Of a stretch of 64,000 nucleotides of DNA, positions 26,990 to 39,840 are shown piece by piece (within the stretch, counting starts at the first letter, position 1; each line of letters begins with the position of its first letter). Source of the stretch: Octopus sinensis (lineage: Eukaryota). The translations under genes were made by a program, and so were the position numbers. Where the stretch lies: the NCBI RefSeq assembly GCF_006345805.1, contig NC_043013.1, positions 44,950,001-45,014,000 of the forward strand. Reading direction: 5' to 3'. A model generated the notes under the pieces. It was not told the DNA's origin and made no database searches. It worked only from the letters and a program-made list of their open reading frames with translations.

Positions 26990-27600
26990 GCTGCTAGATT
27001 GAATATTGCAAACTTAAGATTGTGGTAGTTGGATGTTACCACATATTCTTTGTCCTCAAAGAACTTCGCTAAGATTGTCCACATCCATCACTACAAGACC
27101 TTGATCCAGACATCTTAGTTGGTTACAATTATACCTTGATCCATTGGCTGGGTCATGGAAGTAATATTGGATGACAAGAACATGAGCCTTAATTTACCAT
27201 CACTACTGACATATTGTGTGGAGGCATATGGCCTAGTGGTCGAGTGATTGTGGGTTCGAATCTCAGACCGGGCGATGTGTGTGTTTATGAGTGAAACACC
27301 TAAGCTCCATGCAGCTCCGGCAGAAGGTAATGGTGAACTTCTGCTGACTCTTTCGCCACAACTTTCTCTCTCTCTTTTCTCCTACATCATGCAGCTCACC
27401 AGCAATGGACCGGCGTCCTGTCCAGGTGGGGAACCTTTACACCAAGGAAACCAGCCCTATGAACCAGGCATGGCTCGACAAGGAACAAACAACAACAACA
27501 ACTGACATATTGTGCTATGTGGAGAGCAGCATGTCAAAAAATAGTCCCAACATTTCTTAATTGTGTTGTAAACAGTGACTAAAAGAGGTTGAGGTTATTT
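26990..27600 (-). mobile_element. pogo/Tigger DDE transposase remnant, interrupted by a SINE
   Basis: KLRLMFLSSNITSMTQPMDQGII at about 27198-27128 matches the FLPPNTTS..QPMDQG.I motif. Confidence 0.75.
27219..27500 (+). mobile_element. tRNA-derived SINE family C with (AAC)n tail
   Basis: 14-bp TSD actgacatattgtg (27205-27218, 27501-27514); A/B-box-like head. Confidence 0.88.
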
Positions 27601-27940
27601 AAGGATTTTTAATAAAACACCCATGCGCCCAGAGGTGAATTATTCAAACCCCAAAGAATTCCTCTCAACACATGGCTATGATCCTCCCCCACTACTTCTG
27701 TATGTAATCAGAGATGCTCATATCGTCAGCCACCAAGGGACACGGGCAACTGGTTAATGTCCAGCAACTGACAAGTAAATCTTTGCTACTGAGCAGAATA
27801 TTTGTTGTAGCCCATCTTTTATGCCAAGACAAAACAATGTACATGATAGCACTGCCAATCAGTGAAGATCAGAAGCCATGAGAGCCAGTGCCTGGTACAG
27901 CATCAAGGGATGGTACTGCATGAAGGCATTGGTGTCCCAG

Positions 27941-27972
<32 letters not shown>

Positions 27973-28971
27973 CCTTATTATTATTTATTTATTTATTTAC
28001 TACCCACAAGGGGCTAAATAGAGAGAGGACAAACAAGACAGACAAACGGATTAAGTCAATTATATCGACCCCAGTGCATAACTAGTACTTATTTAATCGA
28101 CCCCGAAAGGATGAAAGGCAAAGTCGACCTTGGTGGAATTTGAACTCAGAACATAGCAGCAGACGAAATACCGCTAAGCATTTCGCCTGGCGCGCTTACG
28201 TTCCTGCCAGCTCGCCGCCTTTTATTATTATTATTATTAGATGATGAATTGTATGGTATACACCTGGTAGCTTACCGGTAAAGCACGTTCATTTTCACAG
28301 TGTTCATTGGGTATTTGAATGACAGAGACAGAAGATAGAAGATACAAGAATATTTATTAATCACTACAACTGTTTCGACCCATAGATGTATAAAGTCAAA
28401 TAAGAATATATCAAATATTGTACAAGATAAATTCTTGATTTATTGAGATCACCTCTACTTCCAGAGAAGAGAGAAGAATTACTGACTGGCAAATGGAACC
28501 AACTTCCTAACTGGGAAGGGAGACAAGTATCTTTGTCTCTAAATTATTAGATCGTCTTTTCCTTCATAGCTTATCAGTTTTGGAGAAATCTTAAGTTTTG
28601 AGATTATCTCCCCTTCTAATCATGGTCTGGGGGTCTCAGTTGCCACCAGGCGATTGTTCAACTTTCTCTACAAGAGCTAATCACAATTATATATATTTTT
28701 TTTGCATGGATATTATTAAATTTGCATATGTATTAATATTTCAGCAATAATTCTGGTCTGACATTTTATAGAGCGTTCATTGTTCAAATACAACTCGCCT
28801 AAAAGATCCAATGCACTCACAGGTGAAACTCAGAGTAGCAAGAGAGTGACTAGACCAAAATAAAATAATTATTAATCTCTAGCATGGTATTCAGTACTCT
28901 TTCTTCGAACAGCTAACACAAAACGAATGTGTGCGTGTGTTTCTTTAACTATCTATCTATCTATCTATCTC

Positions 28972-29042
<71 letters not shown>

Positions 29043-29211
29043 TATATAAAGTCAGATCATGGCTGCTATTTTCAGCATGGTGGTATCTCGTAGATACCCT
29101 AATTTATAATTTTAATAATTATTACCTTTGAAGGTTAGGATCTTTTCCTTATTTTTTCCATGCTGACCACTTGATAAAATCGTTATTTTATTTTTAAATT
29201 AACGATCTTAT

Positions 29212-29251
<40 letters not shown>

Positions 29252-29442
29252 TATATATATATACATATATATATAAAGTCAGATCATGGCTGCTATTTTC
29301 AGCATGGTGGTATCTCGTAGATACCCTAATTTATAATTTTAATAATTATTACCTTTGAAGGTTAGGATCTTTTCCTTATTTTTTCCATGCTGACCACTTG
29401 ATAAAATCGTTATTTTATTTTTAAATTAACGATCTTATCCTT

Positions 29443-29515
<73 letters not shown>

Positions 29516-31269
29516 ACACACTGTATGCTGACGCTTGACATCGCAAATTTTTCATCAGGCTCTCCGAATCCTAAGCGATTAAATTTGGATATCAGTTTTT
29601 AACCTCACTTGGCCCTTTTTTTTCAGTGGCCATTGTTAAATTTGTCTTTGTAGCTCAGATGTATTCCAGCTGACTGCAGGAGGTAAGGGGGAAAAACAAT
29701 GACCTCCTCCTCCTCACAGACACGCGTACACACACGCATACAATTACAGCTCAGACACATATCGCTTGAACCAAAACCTTGCTGACGGGAGACGGAGTCA
29801 TGAAGAGGAAAGGGGCTGCTACAACAGCCCCTTTATATGAACTTTTATATATATATATACATAATTTTTCTCTTTTTAATTTCAATTTATTCTTTCGTTC
29901 TTTGTTTTGTATGGGTGCTTGTGTGTGTGTGCTTGTGTGTGTGTACGTGTGCGTGTGTGTGCTTTTGTGTGTGTGTATGTCGGCATGCACGCGTGCTGTG
30001 TGTATGTGTGTTGTGTATATGCGGCGCGCGCCTGTCTGTGTGTTTGTGAGCACACGTCTGTGTGTGAGCATCTGAAACGGCTAAATGGGGGAGTTGGGAT
30101 AGATGGTGGTAATGAAAACGTTATGAAATGTTATATCAATATACATAAATATCCTTCACGAGGCACAAGCCTCTAGATTTTATCGGGTAAAAAAAAAATA
30201 AACCCTGAAGTTAATACCCCCACCTCATCTCTGTAGAACTTTAAGGACATAAATCAAATTAAATGGCCTCAAACGGGAATTGAAACTGGGTTGATGTTTG
30301 AGTGTGACGGAAGTTTACCTTAGCCTCAAATAACGTCTGATAACTTTCTATTGGATGCAGCACGGGCCACATGCAAGTTTGTAATATAACCTGGCTACCG
30401 AATATTAATAATTAACAGATTTGAAAAAAAATAATATAATAAAATAAATATTGAAGCTTGTGAGTTCAGATAAATATAGTGTTTGATGTGGGGTCTGAAG
30501 CACAAGATATTTTTCAGTTGGGAGCAGAGGCAGAGACGGTAGCAAGGAGAGAGACGAAGGGAGCAACCATCTCCATGCCCCAAATTTCTCATAATCTGTT
30601 ATAATGTATGTTAATTGAAGTCGGAGCACCAAATGTGTGCATTCTCCCAAGGCTCTGAGAACTTTTTCTACAATATATCGATCTTGAATTGGAGAGAGGC
30701 ACTGGCTCTTTCACCTTAAAGAGAAAGTAATTTTTCAGTGTATCGAAAAATCATCTTTTCTCTAAGAGGATTAATAAGTTCCAGAACCTTACCTTCTTTC
30801 TATTTCTCTCCAAGATACACGAACTCATCCAAACTCGAGAACTTCGTTAAACTTAAATGTTCAGTGCTTTTAGACATTTGAATTTGAACAAGTTACAAGT
30901 GGTTAAGGCTAGACTTTTATAGAGAAATTTATCCACGCAAAGCTTGAATAGGTTTAGATTCATAAATAATTTTAACTGACTTCAATGGGATTGAAAGTAG
31001 TTTTAACAACTGAATTGTATAAACAAGTTTGTAGTTTAAATTTTGTTGAGGATATTGAAAGGTATTGATTTTAATGTCTCTGAACAAAATTTTGACACAG
31101 CTGGATTAAAATTTGCGTAAGTGGAGGAATTCCTTGTCATCCCAATTGTGTATTTTGGCGGGGGCGTCACTGAATACCTGTCTAGAGTCTAAATATTTGA
31201 TTATGAAATAGGAGTGAAAACTGATTCCGACAGTTAGGCAAAATGCAGCAAGCAGAGTTATGCACCTTA

Positions 31270-31650
31270 CTTCAATGGTCACCATATTGTCTCTAATTAA
31301 ATTTCACAATGCTCTAATCTCGCATTCGTTGTGAGGTTAGGCAGGGCATTAAACTATTATATATGACAAAACGCACCCACGCTCCAGATTTCAAGTGGTT
31401 CTAGTCTGTCACCGTACCATAACACCGACTTTTTATTAACGATCAGCCTTTATAACGCTACGCTGAACTTACGTCAGTCAACAATAGCATCGCTTTATAG
31501 GAAGTCAAATTCAACTGTTGTAAATAAATAATAGCTTCTTGTATTGCCACAGAAACCACAAATGCGGTTGTCAGTTGAATCGACCGCCAAAATGAAAGCC
31601 GGAACTAGACTCAGCGAGTTTTGAACAGTGAATATTGGGCAACACAAATC
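31270..31650. promoter_or_regulatory. CpG-enriched promoter-like patch
   Basis: Unique sequence with raised CpG, an ETS-like GCCGGAAC motif, and a minus-strand ATG GTG ACC ATT GAA|gtaagg ending near 31271. Confidence 0.25.
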
Positions 31651-31659
31651 TTTTACTAT

Positions 31660-31977
31660 ACATGAATAATGATATTTATATAATAGAAATATTAAAATTA
31701 CTAAGTCTCTATAAATTTCAACCTGAACCCTTTAATAAAGCAGTGATCTTGAGATTCCAAGCTTAACTAAATATGACAGGCACATGAAGAAAGCCACCTC
31801 GTCACCTTGGTCACAACATTTCAGACACTCTTGTACCCTCTGGCTTTCTTCATGCGCCTGTTTTATTTAGTTAAGCTTGGAATCTCAAGATCACTGCTTT
31901 ATTAAAGGGTTCTGGTTGAAATTTATAGAGACTTAGTAATTTTAATATTTCTATTATATAAATATCATTATTCATGT
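31660..31977. repeat. Inverted repeat: 137-bp arms, 44-nt spacer, about 4 mismatches; third partial copy at 32187-32308
   Basis: Arms 31660-31796 and 31841-31977. Confidence 0.95.
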
Positions 31978-34531
31978 TTATTCTTATATCTATAAGAATG
32001 CCATATTAATATGGCGATAACAATTGATATTTATATAGTGCTACGTAAACGGCCAAAATTCACAAAGGCTGGGCAGTAGTGCTGTGAGATCAGCCAGACA
32101 CAGCTAACTCTCATCAGTTTTTGTCTGAACTTTTGAAATGAAGAATTTTCATTATTGTACACAGGCAGATATTTGGACTAATGGTTTCACCTTGGTCACG
32201 ACATTTCAGACACTCTGTACCCTCTGGCTTTCTTCATGTGCTTGTCATATTTAGTTAAGCTTGGAATCTCAAGATCACTGCTTTATTAAAGGGTTCAGGT
32301 TGAAATTTCACAGAGATAACCTGTTCTCGTTATATTACCTGTACTAAGAATATTCTCTAATTAGTTATTCCCCAACTAGTGATATATAAGCTTGCTAATT
32401 TCACTTGATGTGGACTATATATTGGTTTCAAATTTTGGCACAAGACCAGCAATTTGGGGGGAGGAGTAAACCGATTACATCGGCCCCAGGGTTTAACTGG
32501 TACTTTATTTCATCAACTCCAAAAGGATGAGAGGCAAAGTTGATCTCTGTGAAATTTGAACTTGGAATATAAAGATGGACGAAATTCCACTAAGCATTTT
32601 ACCCGACATACTAATGATTCTACTAGCTCACTGTCTTTATGAATTAGAATATAATATTACTTGACTGAGACCTTTGGTGATATGACCAAGACCATTGGCG
32701 ATGTGCTGTGCTTGGGATGACCTGTCAAGCCAAGTGCACCTGTGCTGGTGGCACATAAAGAACGTCTTTTGAACGTTGGGCCTCATGGAGGCAAAGTGTC
32801 TGAGTTCCTATCAAGCATTGAGCTTCACAGAGACAAAGTGGCTGAGTTCATCTTGAGCTTTGGGCCTGACAGAGGCAAAGTGGCTGAGTTCCTTTCAAGT
32901 GTTGGGCCTCACAGAGGAAATAACCAAGACTTTTGGCATTGTGTCGTGCTTGAGATGACCCATGAATGAAGCTGAGTGAAATCACAGTCATGGACGATAC
33001 CAGTGTCATGCAAGTTGGCACATAAACGCACCCTGGTGTCACACAAATGACACCTGTGCTAGTGGCACGTAAAAGCACCCATTACACTCTCAGAGTGGTT
33101 GGCGTTAGGAAGGGCATTCAGCCATAGAAAACCATGCCAAATCAGACTGGGGTCTGGTGCAGCCTTCCAGCGTACCAGCCCAGTCAAACCATCCAACCCA
33201 TGCTAGTATGGGCAACGGACACTAAATGATGATGATTCAGTAGTTGAACTCACATACTCTGTCTAAACTACTATACTTAATACTCAACACTTGGATTGGA
33301 TTGCCTATGTTCAGTCCACTGTAAGACAAAGGCCTCGGCATGCTCTCTCCAAGAGCATAGCTAATAGAGAAGCAAGAAGGGTAACCATTCCCACAGCATA
33401 ATTTCAAACTGGCACCTTTTCGACAATCATTTTCTAACTCTTTTGTTCACTTGTGCAATAAAAGTCAATTAACGCTCTATCTTCCTTACATTTCAATTTT
33501 AAATACAAAATTCAAATGCATAATCAATGAGTTCAAGATTGTTTGCTATGCATCATGGCACCTTTATTTTATGTGCTTGCTCTCCCTAACTTTAGAATCT
33601 AGCTATGCCCCTGGTTTCCTTCACCAACCACGGTCTGATGTGGAAGCCATACTGGTTTGATGAGCCAAGGCTACCCACACTGACTTGATATAGCTTGGCA
33701 GAGTTTTTTATATTCTTTCATTTTTTTTTTATATACTCATACCCAGGAGTAGCTAAGTCAATTGCACTGACCCCAGTGCTCAGCTGGTATTTATTTTATC
33801 GACTCAAAAAGATAAAAGTCTAACTTGATCACTGCAGAATTTGAACTTAGAATGAATGGGCAGATGAAATACTTCTAAGCATTTTGTCCAGCAAATGGTT
33901 CTGCCATCTCACTGCCTCAATACTTTAACTCAACACTTAATCAGCACTTGGAGTCATTATCCAGTTATCTTCTATCTTTTACTTGTTTAAGTCATTTAGC
34001 TGTGTCCATGCTGGAGCACCACCTTTAAGTGTTTAGACAAACAAATCAACCCTAGTACTTATTATTATTTTTTTTTTTGAAGACTGATACATATTAGTCT
34101 CTTGTGGTCTCTTTTGCTCAACTGCTAAGTTAGGGATGTAAACAAACCAACATCAGTTGTCAAGCAGTATAGGTGGACAAACACATACACAATAACAAAC
34201 ACAGATATATACATATATGTGCATGCGTGTGTGTGTGTATATATAACAGACTTCTTTCAGTTTCTATCAACCAAATTCACTCTGGAACAAGATGAACTGT
34301 GAACTTTATTCTTCTGTCTACTGTAAATTCTCTGCCTGGAACTTTTCCTGCATACACACCTTGTCTTTGATGATGGAATACCCAGTGTATGGATGTGTTG
34401 ACCCATTACTTAGGATATCCCAGAAACAGCTGTAAGACATTACTTACTTCTACTCCTTTTTTGATTCACCTTTAATTAAATTTTCTAAACGGCCTCAGGT
34501 GCTCATCCTGCCTTGGTTTTGTTTTCCTTTT

Positions 34532-34583
<52 letters not shown>

Positions 34584-34823
34584 ATATGCTGTTAATTGCT
34601 CGAAATGAGGAGTAGATTGGGCAGCTGACAACTGATGAAGGGTCGTTCGTTATGTTACTTGTCTTGTTTTCCATTTGTTTCTTTCGGTGTTTGCATACCA
34701 AAGTTTGTCTTCGTATTTCATGTTGTTTACGCTTTGTGACGTCCAGTACCCATATATGCATATATATATATATCATCATCATCATCATCATCATCGTTTA
34801 GCGTCCGATGATGATGATGATGA

Positions 34824-34858
<35 letters not shown>

Positions 34859-35436
34859 TATATGGGTAATATATATATATACGTATATGTATATATACAT
34901 GCATATATATATATTTTATTTATATTATTATATGATTGAACACCACTCATCCATTTCCAAGTAAGTTTATCTCTCTCTCTATATATATATATATATATCA
35001 TCATCATCATTATTTAATGTCCGTTTTCCATGCTGGCATGGGTTGGACCAGTTTGACTGAAAACTGGTAAGCTGCACCAGGCTCCAATCTGATTTGGCAT
35101 AGTTTCTACAGCTGGATGCCCTTCCTAACGCCAACCACTCCAAGAGTGTAGTGGGTGCCAGTTACGCAACACCGGCATCTGCTACAACTACAGTCTCACT
35201 TGGTTTGACAGGTCTTCTCAAGCACAGTATATCACTAAAGGTTTCGGTCACTTGTCACTGCTCCTGTGAGGCCCAATGTTCGAATGATGCTTTTTACACG
35301 CCACTGGCATGGGTACCAGTTATGTGCCTAACCAGAAATATAGCATCAGTCAAGCTCCTGCCTGGCACAAATCTCAACTGCATCTCATCTACACCAATTC
35401 TCTTCCTAATTAATTGAGCTATGATGGCGGATAGTA

Positions 35437-35925
35437 CTAGGTAGAGAGGCAATGGTCAGCATGAGCAGGGTCTGGAAGAGTAGAGACATCAGACTCGCTA
35501 CCAAATGCAATTGTCTTCCCAATAGCAGCATATGGATGTGAGACCTGGACACTAAAGAAAGCTGACCAGAAGAGAATTAATGCATTCGAGCTTTGGTGTT
35601 GGAGAAGACTTTTGCGGATTCCATGGACAGCAAGGCTCACCAATGGAGAAGTTCTTAAGCAGATAAGGCCGAAAATGTCGCTAGAAGCTGGGATCACCAA
35701 GCGTAGATTGGCATATTTCGGTCATATTATGCGGAGAAAATCCCTGGAGAAGGACATCATGCTCGGAATGGTCAGTGACAAGAGAGGAAGAGGCCGACCA
35801 AGAACCAGGAGTGATACCGGAATGGACATGGCCAATCTGAAGGAAGCAGCCCAGGATAGAACTGACTGGAGGACACTGATCCAAGTGACCAAGAGTCAAC
35901 TTCGACTGAGCGGATAGAGATGACC
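35437..35925 (+). mobile_element. RTE/BovB-like LINE 3' remnant
   Basis: VFPIAAYGCETWTLKKADQKRINAFELWCWRRLLRIPWTAR...YFGHIMRR..SLEK..MLG is the RTE-BovB type C-terminus. Confidence 0.88.
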
Positions 35926-36205
35926 TTTTCTGTGACTTTCATCACCTGGTCCAGCAATTTGATGCTTCTGTAATGATGGGTATTTCCTTTTTTTTAGCAA
36001 GTGTACTTCAAATTACTTTATCCAAAGTGTCCTTTCTTTTAAGATGTGCGAAGGAAATTTAGTTGCTTTTTCTAACAGATCAAGAGATCATGTAGAGGCT
36101 TCTTTATTGTTGTAGTAGTGTTCTAAGGTGAGGCCTAGATCCTGTTGTGGCTGTACTTTTACCTATCCATGTAATCTTTCATTCTGTGGGTGGTTTGCAT
36201 GTAGC

Positions 36206-36431
36206 GGCGAGCTGGCAGAAACGTTAGCACGCTGGGCGAAATGTGTAGCCGTATTTCATCTGCCGTTACATTCTGAGTTCAAATTCTGTTGAGGTCGACT
36301 TTGCCTTTTATCCTTTCGGGGTTGATAAATTAAGTACCAGTTATGCACTGGGGTCAATATAATCGACTTAATCCGTTTGTCTGTCCTTGTTTGTCCCCTG
36401 TGTTTAGCCTCTTGTGGGTAGTAAAGAAATA
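36206..36431 (+). mobile_element. SINE family A, young copy
   Basis: 14-bp TSD ggtttgcatgtagc (36192-36205, 36432-36445). Confidence 0.92.
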
Positions 36432-38912
36432 GGTTTGCATGTAGCTTAAAATGATGTGAAGTGAAATATTTTGTTCTTTTTGTTTTGATGCTGGTGGTTA
36501 TGGTAAAAATATTTTATACACTAACAAAACACAAGTGGTCAAATTGTTAGTGGCACCGATTAAAAAGGAGCTTAACAGTTTATTTCTTATCACCAGCACT
36601 ACTTTATGCCTATCAGAAAAATACCCGGTTAACCTAGATTTAAATAGTTACAGCAAAGGAGGATCAACTACCCCATTAATCTTGATGTAAACACTTACTA
36701 GGTAGGATCAAATGAATAACTTAATCCAGATGTAAATAGTTTCAACAAGGTAGGATCAAATGAAACAATATAAAATTGACAAGTGGTTTATTAGTTTTCA
36801 GAGCTGAGTTCAACACCTTCTGTTGGAGAAGGACTGGCAGGTGCTGAAATATTCGTGTTGAACATATAAAGTGGATCAAACCCATCAGTTTAGGAGGTAG
36901 TGTGAAGGTTAACGGTCTTATACTTAACCTAATAATAGAAAACCCCTATTAGTAACTAGGGATATGTTAAAGTCTGGGAGGATGAGATTGAGAAGTGGGG
37001 ACTATGCCACTCCAATCCTACTGTTGATTAGCAAGGGAGCATCATATCCCTGCATATCTCTCCATTTCCTCACTGCATCTAACCTTCGTTAAGCAATACA
37101 TAAATGTTGGCTTGATCTTAATACACAGACAGTTTAAACCAGAGGTAAAGAATATTTCTGTATTGAAAGACATATTAACTACTGTCTGACAAGGTTGTAA
37201 TTTAAAAAGAACTATACAGCTTAACCTATTATTTTATAAAATATATATTTCTTTCTAAAAACTACCACAAAATCTAAAGAAGAGTTTTGAAATAAGCATC
37301 TCCATTGTAATTTTTAAAAAATTATTTTTCAATGCATAAGTACAGATTGAACAGCATATCTATATATATATATATATAAAGCTGAAGTTGTCTGTGTATG
37401 GCAGGTTTGGTAGCCTTCAATTAACACTATCTCCTCCGAGACCCTGCGGTGCAAGTTGACCAAAATTGAGTGTATGATAGAAGAAGGCTTGCTCTTCCTT
37501 CCATAGAAGAAAAAATTCAAATCGGACCATGTTAACACCAAAAATTATTTACATCAAAAAGGTACTTTTTTCTATGAAAATCCCTATTTTTTACAATTGT
37601 TTGACTGCTGTGTCACCATTTTTCAGTGTATTTCAACCAGAAAAAGGTTCACTTAAAGAGAATAACAAGCTACATAATGCAAAATTTTTCCTTTTCAAAA
37701 ATTCCAATTCTAAAGGGTCGAAACAAACCCGAGCAATGCCAGGCGATACTGCTAGTATAGGATAAAATCCTCAAAAAGCAGAAAAATCTGTCAGCAACCA
37801 ACTCTAAAATTTGCAGATAGTTAAAAGAAGTAGGCTTTAGATAAAATGAAATGAAGAAAAATATATTCCAATATAATGATTTTCCTTTAGATTTTGTACT
37901 TTTTTCAGAAGGCCACAGGTTCCCCACTTCTGGTCTAGAGACAAAGACAATCTTCAGTAGTCCTCTTATGGGTTATGTAACTCAATAGAAAATCAAGCAA
38001 AGCAGATAGAACAGAACAAAGAACTATTATTGCTTATATTACAATGAAAATATTTCGTGTTTACATTTTGTCTGTCATATTTCTCTATGTTCACTATGTA
38101 TGTAGTATTTATATGTATATATGTGTGTACATGAAGTGTTTTCAAGTGCTGGTAATGTGTCTATTTCATTACAATCAACTGAACTTACAGTTACACTGAA
38201 GAACCTTCTACGTAATCACCTAATCTGTTCTACAAAGCAACCAAATGTCCTTTACCCTACTTTCTGTAAAATATGTCCACATGTTTGAGTGGGCCAATAA
38301 GTTAGTTTAAACATTGCCAAAACAAACACCAATGAAATGCTAAACCAGAACACAAAACATCTTATAATCTAACCGTCCGGAAGGATTTCTGAGATTGTTT
38401 TAGAAGAACAAAGGAAGGAATAAATGAAAGAGATGTGGACCATGAAGAAATCTACATTGATGGGTCGTAATTTTGAATAAAAATTGATACATAGTAGAAG
38501 GGGCAGTGTTTAGTCCTAATATAGAAAGCTTCTCTAATATCCATGGCATGATAAAATGATTCTTGTTCACATTGCAAAATGATTTATGATATATTTTTAT
38601 GTTAGGACAACCTAACATAAAAATATGTCAAAAAATTGCAATTTTCTCTAATATTCTATGTGATGGATGACAATAAACTATAACAGTTAGTGAGGTTATC
38701 AAGACCCATCCAACTCATACGAACAAGAAAAGAGAATGTAAAAATGAGGAGTAAGTTGTGGTAAGTAGCTTGCATACGAACCGCATGGTTCCGGATTCAG
38801 TCCCACTGCGTGGTACCTTCGGCAAGTGTCTTCTACTATAGCCTTGGGCCGACCAAAGCCTTGTGAGCGGATTTGGTAGACGGAAATTGAAAGAAGCCCG
38901 TTGTATATATGC

Positions 38913-38948
<36 letters not shown>

Positions 38949-39696
38949 GTATGTGTGTGTGTGTATGTGTTTGCGTTTGTCCCCCTAACATTGCTTGACA
39001 ACCTCTGCTGGTGTGTTTATGTCCCCATAATGTAGCGGCTTGGCAAAAGAGACTGATAGAATAAGTACTAGGCTTACAAAGAATAAGACCTGGGGTCGAT
39101 TTGCTTGACCAAAGACGGTGCTCCAGCATGGCCATAGTCAAATGACTGAAACAAACAAAGGAGTAAAGGAGTATGATGGACATCAAAGGTTGTAAAATTT
39201 ATGTTTCACCCAAGAGTTTCAATAACATAGACAAAGTAATTGCTTTTAATACAAAATTAAAAGTAGCCAACAGATTTGGTTTGCCAAGACATACTACTTT
39301 GTTATGGGTCCACCACAATTTTATTATTATTATTATGGCTAGGTTCCAACCTAATAGTGTACCCTGACATGAACCAAATAAAGGGTCAGGTTTGAAATCT
39401 CTCTATATATAAACGGCAAAATGTCTGGGTGTGTGTCCATTATACAAATCCACAATTTGTGCTAGTTCCTATATAACTGAATTCAACATGAAATGTTCTA
39501 ATAAGAGAACAGCTATCAGGAGTCAACCAGGGAACCTCTCAGATTTTGGATTTCTCATTCTGAAAAGGGCAATTGCTCTCACCCAGCTGTGGCCGTCAGC
39601 ATAAAGATGAATTTATTAGGGGGCCATACTTACCACTGTTACACACCTTACAGCAAATTTGAGAGCAGCAACTCCTTTTCCAAACTCACCTTGCAG

Positions 39697-39840
39697 AGAA
39701 AGGAAAACTACCGTCTTTTCCTGGCTAAACCAAGGTGGTAGAGCAATCCTCATGATGGGTTCGGCTGATGGAACAATATACATGGCAACAGCTTTTCAAC
39801 ATAACTCCACAATTCAGCAATACTTAAATACTGAAAGAGA
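39697..39840 (+). CDS. Candidate internal exon of an unidentified + strand gene, WD40/beta-propeller-like (ERKTTVFSWLNQGGRAILMMGSADGTIYMATAF...)
   Basis: ttgcag| acceptor, GA|gtatgc donor, 144 nt, open in phase 2/2. The hydrophobic strand followed by GSADGTI resembles a WD40 blade. Unique, non-repeat sequence. Confidence 0.4.

Noticed and set aside
27085-27135. LDPDILVGYNY, resembling a family-B DNA polymerase exonuclease motif
   Set aside because: The opposite strand gives a much better pogo/Tigger motif (NITSMTQPMDQGII).
39690-39830. Minus-strand exon reading MYIVPSAEPIMRIALPPWFSQEKTVVFLSLQ with tttcag/gtgagt sites
   Set aside because: It overlaps the + strand candidate, which has a full open frame and a WD40-like motif, and I found no convincing continuation. 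Disfavoured rather than excluded.
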